This document shows, piece by piece, positions 51,490-64,000 of a stretch of 64,000 bases of DNA. Position 1 is the first letter of the stretch; every line of letters starts with the position of its first letter. This DNA is from Nitrospirota bacterium (lineage in GTDB: Bacteria > Nitrospirota > Thermodesulfovibrionia > Thermodesulfovibrionales > JdFR-86): the NCBI GenBank assembly GCA_963721805.1, contig CAVRJY010000001.1, positions 320,001-384,000 on the forward strand. The letters are read 5' to 3'. The notes beneath the pieces were generated by a model that did not search any database, was not told where the DNA came from, and saw only the letters and a list, made by a program, of their open reading frames with translations. Both the position numbers and the translations under genes were made by a program.

Positions 51490-52008
51490 ATGAACTGGTA
51501 TGTCGTGCACACGTATTCGGGGTTCGAGGCCAAGGTTAAGCTCTCCATAGAGGAGAAGGCGGTCAAGGACGGCCTGCAGGACCGGGTCGGCCGCATACTT
51601 ATCCCGAGCGAGAAGGTCATGGAAGTCCGGGGCGGCAAGAAGAAAGAGGCCGAGAAGAAGTTCTACCCCGGCTACATACTCATGGAGATGGTCCTGGACG
51701 ACGAGACCTGGCACCTGGTGCGGAACACCCCGCGCGTTACGGGGTTCGTGGGCGGCATGAAGCCCGTGCCGGTCTCGGAGGACGAGATCCAGCAGATACT
51801 CCTTCAGCTCGAGCGCGGCCCCAAGGCCAAGGTCAAGACCCAGTTCGAGCAGGGCGAGCAGGTGCGCATCACCGACGGGCCGTTTACGAACTTCACCGGA
51901 GTGGTCGAGGACGTGGACATGGAGCACGCGAGGCTCCGCGTCATGGTCAGCATCTTCAGCCGCCAGACGCCGGTGGACCTTAATTTCTTCCAGGTAGAGA
52001 AGGTTTAG
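51490..52008 (+). CDS. nusG: Transcription factor NusG
   Basis: WYVVHTYSG, FYPGY, KOW domain DGPF. Confidence 0.97.
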   Translation: MNWYVVHTYSGFEAKVKLSIEEKAVKDGLQDRVGRILIPSEKVMEVRGGKKKEAEKKFYPGYILMEMVLDDETWHLVRNTPRVTGFVGGMKPVPVSEDEIQQILLQLERGPKAKVKTQFEQGEQVRITDGPFTNFTGVVEDVDMEHARLRVMVSIFSRQTPVDLNFFQVEKV

Positions 52009-52066
52009 CTTTACGCACCTCGGGGCGCTCCCTCGCCCCGTGACAGAATAGGAGGCATTGAAACAG

Positions 52067-52495
52067 ATGGCTAAGAAGGAAGTTCAGGCGCTCGTAAAGC
52101 TTCAGATACCGGCTGGCAAGGCCAACCCGGCCCCGCCGATAGGCCCGGCGCTCGGCCCTCACGGCGTCAACATAATGGAGTTCTGCAAGGCGTTCAACTC
52201 CCAGACCGGGCAGATGGGCGACACCATCGTGCCGGTGCTGATGACGATCTATAACGACCGCAGCTTCACGTTCATCCTCAAGACCCCGCCGGCCTCGCAG
52301 CTCGTGAAGAAGGCCGCCGGCGTCGCGAAGGGATCGGGCAAGGCCGGCAAGGAGAGCGCCGGGACGATCAAGACCGAGCAGGTGCGCGCCATGGCCGAGA
52401 CCAAGCTCCCGGACCTCAACACCAAGAGCGTCGAGGCCGCGATGAGGACGATCGTAGGCACCGCGCGCTCGATGGGCATACAGGTCGCAGATTAA
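52067..52495 (+). CDS. rplK: 50S ribosomal protein L11
   Basis: [20 protein letters not shown]. Confidence 0.98.
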   Translation: MAKKEVQALVKLQIPAGKANPAPPIGPALGPHGVNIMEFCKAFNSQTGQMGDTIVPVLMTIYNDRSFTFILKTPPASQLVKKAAGVAKGSGKAGKESAGTIKTEQVRAMAETKLPDLNTKSVEAAMRTIVGTARSMGIQVAD

Positions 52496-52529
52496 TCATT
52501 ACCATCCCCCTGGGGGGATGTCAATATAT

Positions 52530-52653
52530 TCTCCATTCATAAATCAGGATGGAAACGCGAAGGCAAGCGAGCGGCGACGAGACAGTACTGATAGTACGGA
52601 GAGGAGCCGCGCAGCGAAGCCGACAAAGTTAACGCCTGATTTGGGAATGGAGA
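52530..52653. repeat. Second-family palindromic MITE-like element inside rplK-rplA
   Basis: TIR TCTCCATTCATAAATCAGG / CCTGATTTGGGAATGGAGA; central GTAC-TGATA-GTAC. Confidence 0.65.
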
Positions 52654-52672
52654 TTGCGGGAGAGCTAAAATA

Positions 52673-53371
52673 ATGGCTAAACTAGGCAAGAAGCTTGCCG
52701 AATCTTTAAAGCTCGTGGACCGCGCGCGCGAATATCCGCTTGCTGAGGCCGTCGCGCTCGTAAAGAAGGCCAAGTGCGCCAAGTTCGACGAGACCGTCGA
52801 TCTGGCGATCAACCTGGGCGTTGACCCCAAGAAGTCAGACCAGATGGTCCGCGGCACCGTGCAGCTTCCGCACGGCACCGGCAAGACCGTCCGCGTGCTC
52901 GTCTTCGCCAAGGGCGAAAAAGAGAAAGAGGCCGAGGCGGCCGGCGCGGACTTTGTCGGCGGCGACGACCTCGTCGAGAAGATAAAGGGCGGCTGGATGG
53001 AGTTTGACAGCGCGGTCGCGACCCCCGACATGATGGGCACCGTAGGCAAGATCGGCAAGATCCTGGGCCCTAGAGGCCTTATGCCGAACCCCAAGCTCGG
53101 CACCGTCACGATGGACGTCGGCAAGGCCGTGAAAGAGATCAAGGCCGGCAAGGTCGACTTCCGCGTCGAGAAGGGCGGGATCATCCACGTCATGGTCGGA
53201 AAGTGCTCGTTCAGCGAGGCCGCGCTCGAGGAGAACACCCGCTCGGTCGTAAGCGCCCTCGTCAAGGCCAAGCCGGCCACGAGCAAGGGCAGGTACATGA
53301 AGAAGTTTTCGATCTCATCGACCATGGGCCCCGGCATCAAGGTCGACCTCTCAAGCGTATCGGAGAAATAA
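52673..53371 (+). CDS. rplA: 50S ribosomal protein L1
   Basis: [24 protein letters not shown]. Confidence 0.98.
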   Translation: MAKLGKKLAESLKLVDRAREYPLAEAVALVKKAKCAKFDETVDLAINLGVDPKKSDQMVRGTVQLPHGTGKTVRVLVFAKGEKEKEAEAAGADFVGGDDLVEKIKGGWMEFDSAVATPDMMGTVGKIGKILGPRGLMPNPKLGTVTMDVGKAVKEIKAGKVDFRVEKGGIIHVMVGKCSFSEAALEENTRSVVSALVKAKPATSKGRYMKKFSISSTMGPGIKVDLSSVSEK

Positions 53372-53571
53372 CCCGCCGCCCCTGCGAGGGGGCCAGGGTT
53401 TTTCATATAAGCTGTAGCGGCAGGGGCAAGGTGAGCGCAACAGACACCAGCCCTACAAGTTGGCGGGGTACCGGATCGGGCCTCTGCAAAAAATCCCCCC
53501 GGCGGGACCGGGTGGATTTTGTCGTTTCGCGAGTATCGCCGTCCGGCCTGGCCGGGCGTTATACAAATACT

Positions 53572-53665
53572 GAGTCAGAGACAGCAGGCGGGTGGGGCCG
53601 GGGCATCCGGTGAACCCCACCTTTAATTGCCGGAAGTTCAGGGGCGGCCTGCCGAGACGCTGCTT
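53572..53665 (+). promoter_or_regulatory. Probable L10 leader
   Basis: GAGACAGCAGG...TTAAT...CCTGCCGAGA upstream of rplJ. Confidence 0.55.
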
Positions 53666-53691
53666 TCCCGCGTCTCAGACGGGAAAGGAGG

Positions 53692-54222
53692 ATGGTTCTG
53701 AAAAACAGGGTAGAGAAAAAAGCGGACCTCGATTCGCTTAAGGAGAAGTTTTCGCGCGCCAAGGGCATAGTCCTGGCCGAGTACAAGGGCATGACCGTGG
53801 CCGAGGTGAGCGAACTGCGCGACAAGTACCGCGCGCTCGGCATAGAGTACAAGGTCGTCAAGAACACGATCGCCCGCATCGCATCGGAAGGGACCTCGGT
53901 GGAGTCCGCGAAGGCTTCATTCAAGGGCCCGCTCGGCGTGGCCATCGGTTACGACGACGCGGTGACGGTCGTGCGCGAGGCGCTCGAGTACGCAAAGAAG
54001 AACGAGAAGTACGTGGTCAAGTGCGGCGTAGTCGACGGGATGTTCTGCGATACGGGCAACATCAAGAAGATCGCGAGCCTGCCGACGAGGCCGGTTCTGC
54101 TCAGCATCCTGGCCGGTACGATGCAGGCTCCGGCCACCAAGATGGCACAGCTGCTTTCGGCCACGGTCACGCGTTTTGCGTACGCGATGACGGCCCTCAA
54201 GGACAAGCGCGCCGCCGAGTAG
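53692..54222 (+). CDS. rplJ: 50S ribosomal protein L10
   Basis: YKGMTV..LR, VVKNTI, IASLP. Confidence 0.96.
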   Translation: MVLKNRVEKKADLDSLKEKFSRAKGIVLAEYKGMTVAEVSELRDKYRALGIEYKVVKNTIARIASEGTSVESAKASFKGPLGVAIGYDDAVTVVREALEYAKKNEKYVVKCGVVDGMFCDTGNIKKIASLPTRPVLLSILAGTMQAPATKMAQLLSATVTRFAYAMTALKDKRAAE

Positions 54223-54289
54223 TCCGCCTTGCGGATGCCGGAATGGCGATTATACGACTAACGAAATACAGCCTCAGGAGGACACATAA

Positions 54290-54670
<381 letters not shown>

Positions 54671-54730
54671 CGGCCCGTCATTGCCGTGTGGTTAAGTTGT
54701 TAACAAACAACCGGAGGGCAAGGGGTAAAT

Positions 54731-62832
<8,102 letters not shown>

Positions 62833-62857
62833 GTAACCGCTATTAGCTAGCGATCAA

Positions 62858-62896
62858 CGGGGGAGGGCTTTTCAGCCCTCCCCCGTTTTCTTTTTT
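62858..62896 (+). terminator. rpoC intrinsic terminator
   Basis: CGGGGAGGGC-TTTTCA-GCCCTCCCCCG followed by a T run. Confidence 0.8.
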
Positions 62897-62897
62897 C

Positions 62898-63190
62898 AAA
62901 GCGCTCCAAATCGCTTGATACTGCGTTGGGCATTGAAGACTCGCCCTCTATGTACGCCCAAGTACACCATAGGGGTGCCACGGGCACCTCTCCTGAAGGA
63001 AAGGGCCAGTCGGCCCCTTGTCTGAAGACGATTTGGGCGCGCTTTCGGGGGGCACGGACGAAGGACGCCCCCCGCGCCCCATGAGGTCAACGGCTTTAAC
63101 TAGAGATGAGCGCTGTGGCGCGAATAGTGAAAGGGGTCCATGACCCCGCGAATAGTGAGAGGTGCCCGTGGCACCCGTGGCACCCCAGTG
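62898..63190 (+). repeat. Palindromic intergenic repeat, copy 10 (core 62898-63045)
   Basis: Very similar to copy 3, including the nested insert; tandem GCGAATAGTGA-hairpin tail units. Confidence 0.88.
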
Positions 63191-63285
63191 AATATCGGGC
63201 GCTCAGCACGTTGGGTCCGGCCTATTAATTATAACTTGAGCATAAGGCCCCACCGGTGTATAATACCCGCAATGGGGGATTTGCC

Positions 63286-64000
63286 GTGAAGCTCACGCAT
63301 GATGTTGTGACCATCGATGGCAAACTGTTGTTGCCTGCCGGGACAGCGCTCTCGGATTCTGTGCTTGACGGGCTCTCATCCGGGAAAAAGGCATCCGGGG
63401 TCAAGACGTTCCCCCTTATGGAGCACAATAATGTCGAGGAGAACCTCCTTACTTTCTTGTGCTCATATCCCTACAATAACCTCTTTCGTGAGGAAGACGA
63501 CATCTCCTTGCTGCTGGATGAGATGCGCGAGGTGCGGCTTTCCATCGAGGTGCTGGAATCTCTCGACTATTTTATCGCGCGTGACCCGTACAGCTACAGG
63601 CATTTCCTCCTCGTGTTCGCGGTATCCACGCTCCTGGCGAAAGACCTTGTCCCGGACAAGGAGGCCCGCATAATGCTGACGGCCACGGGACCTGCGCACG
63701 ATATAGGGAAGACGTGCGTTCCGATAGGCGTGCTGAAAAAGGTCGCGCCCCTCACCGCTGAGGAGAAGGGCATGATCGACAACCATTCTCTGGCCGGGTA
63801 TGTGCTGCTCGGATATTATATCGGAGACTTCGGGCACCTCGCGCCCATAGTCGCCAGAGACCACCATGAACGCCGGGACGGCTCCGGCAAGCCCTCCGGC
63901 AAGAGGCTGGACAATTTCATGACGGAAATAATAGCGGCCTGCGATGTTTATGATGCCCTGATATCGCCGAGGCCGTACAGAAACGAGGCGTATAATAACA
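63286..64000 (+). CDS. HD-GYP domain protein, truncated by the window end
   Basis: From GTG 63286: YSYRH, AHDIGK, HHERRDGSGKP, CDVYDALISPRPYR. Confidence 0.85.
   Translation, partial: MKLTHDVVTIDGKLLLPAGTALSDSVLDGLSSGKKASGVKTFPLMEHNNVEENLLTFLCSYPYNNLFREEDDISLLLDEMREVRLSIEVLESLDYFIARDPYSYRHFLLVFAVSTLLAKDLVPDKEARIMLTATGPAHDIGKTCVPIGVLKKVAPLTAEEKGMIDNHSLAGYVLLGYYIGDFGHLAPIVARDHHERRDGSGKPSGKRLDNFMTEIIAACDVYDALISPRPYRNEAYNN

Overview
High-GC bacterial chromosome segment, probably Nitrospirota or a deltaproteobacteria-like lineage (inference from gene content, tandem DUF507 genes and an SSB ending in DIEPF). Core content: metY-metA, phoU-pstBACS with phoPR, an ABC efflux set, htpX, rpsF-ssb-rpsR, rimP-nusA-recG, pilD, bioB, a ComM/YifB ATPase, 7 tRNAs and tuf-rpmG-secE-nusG-rplKAJL-rpoBC. 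Highlights: (1) two GEMM-I riboswitches, both with the A20 (3',3'-cGAMP-type) base, each controlling a secreted diheme cytochrome/FN3 paralog, about 2 kb from an HD-GYP enzyme with an RxxQ motif, which together suggest a cGAMP signalling module; (2) about 10 copies of a modular, covarying 120-160 bp palindromic intergenic element, one module of which brackets an AT-rich membrane-protein gene as an inverted pair; (3) an IS200 element with readable guide/target logic, inserted between the RBS and ATG of a collagen-like lipoprotein gene; (4) a minimal CI/Cro/Mor switch with four operators plus an orphan sRNA; (5) Pho-box arrays that point to a small Cys-rich Pho-regulon gene; (6) many apparently leaderless genes. 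Several single-base frameshifts, including in ssb, look like sequencing or assembly errors. All calls are by eye, without database searches.
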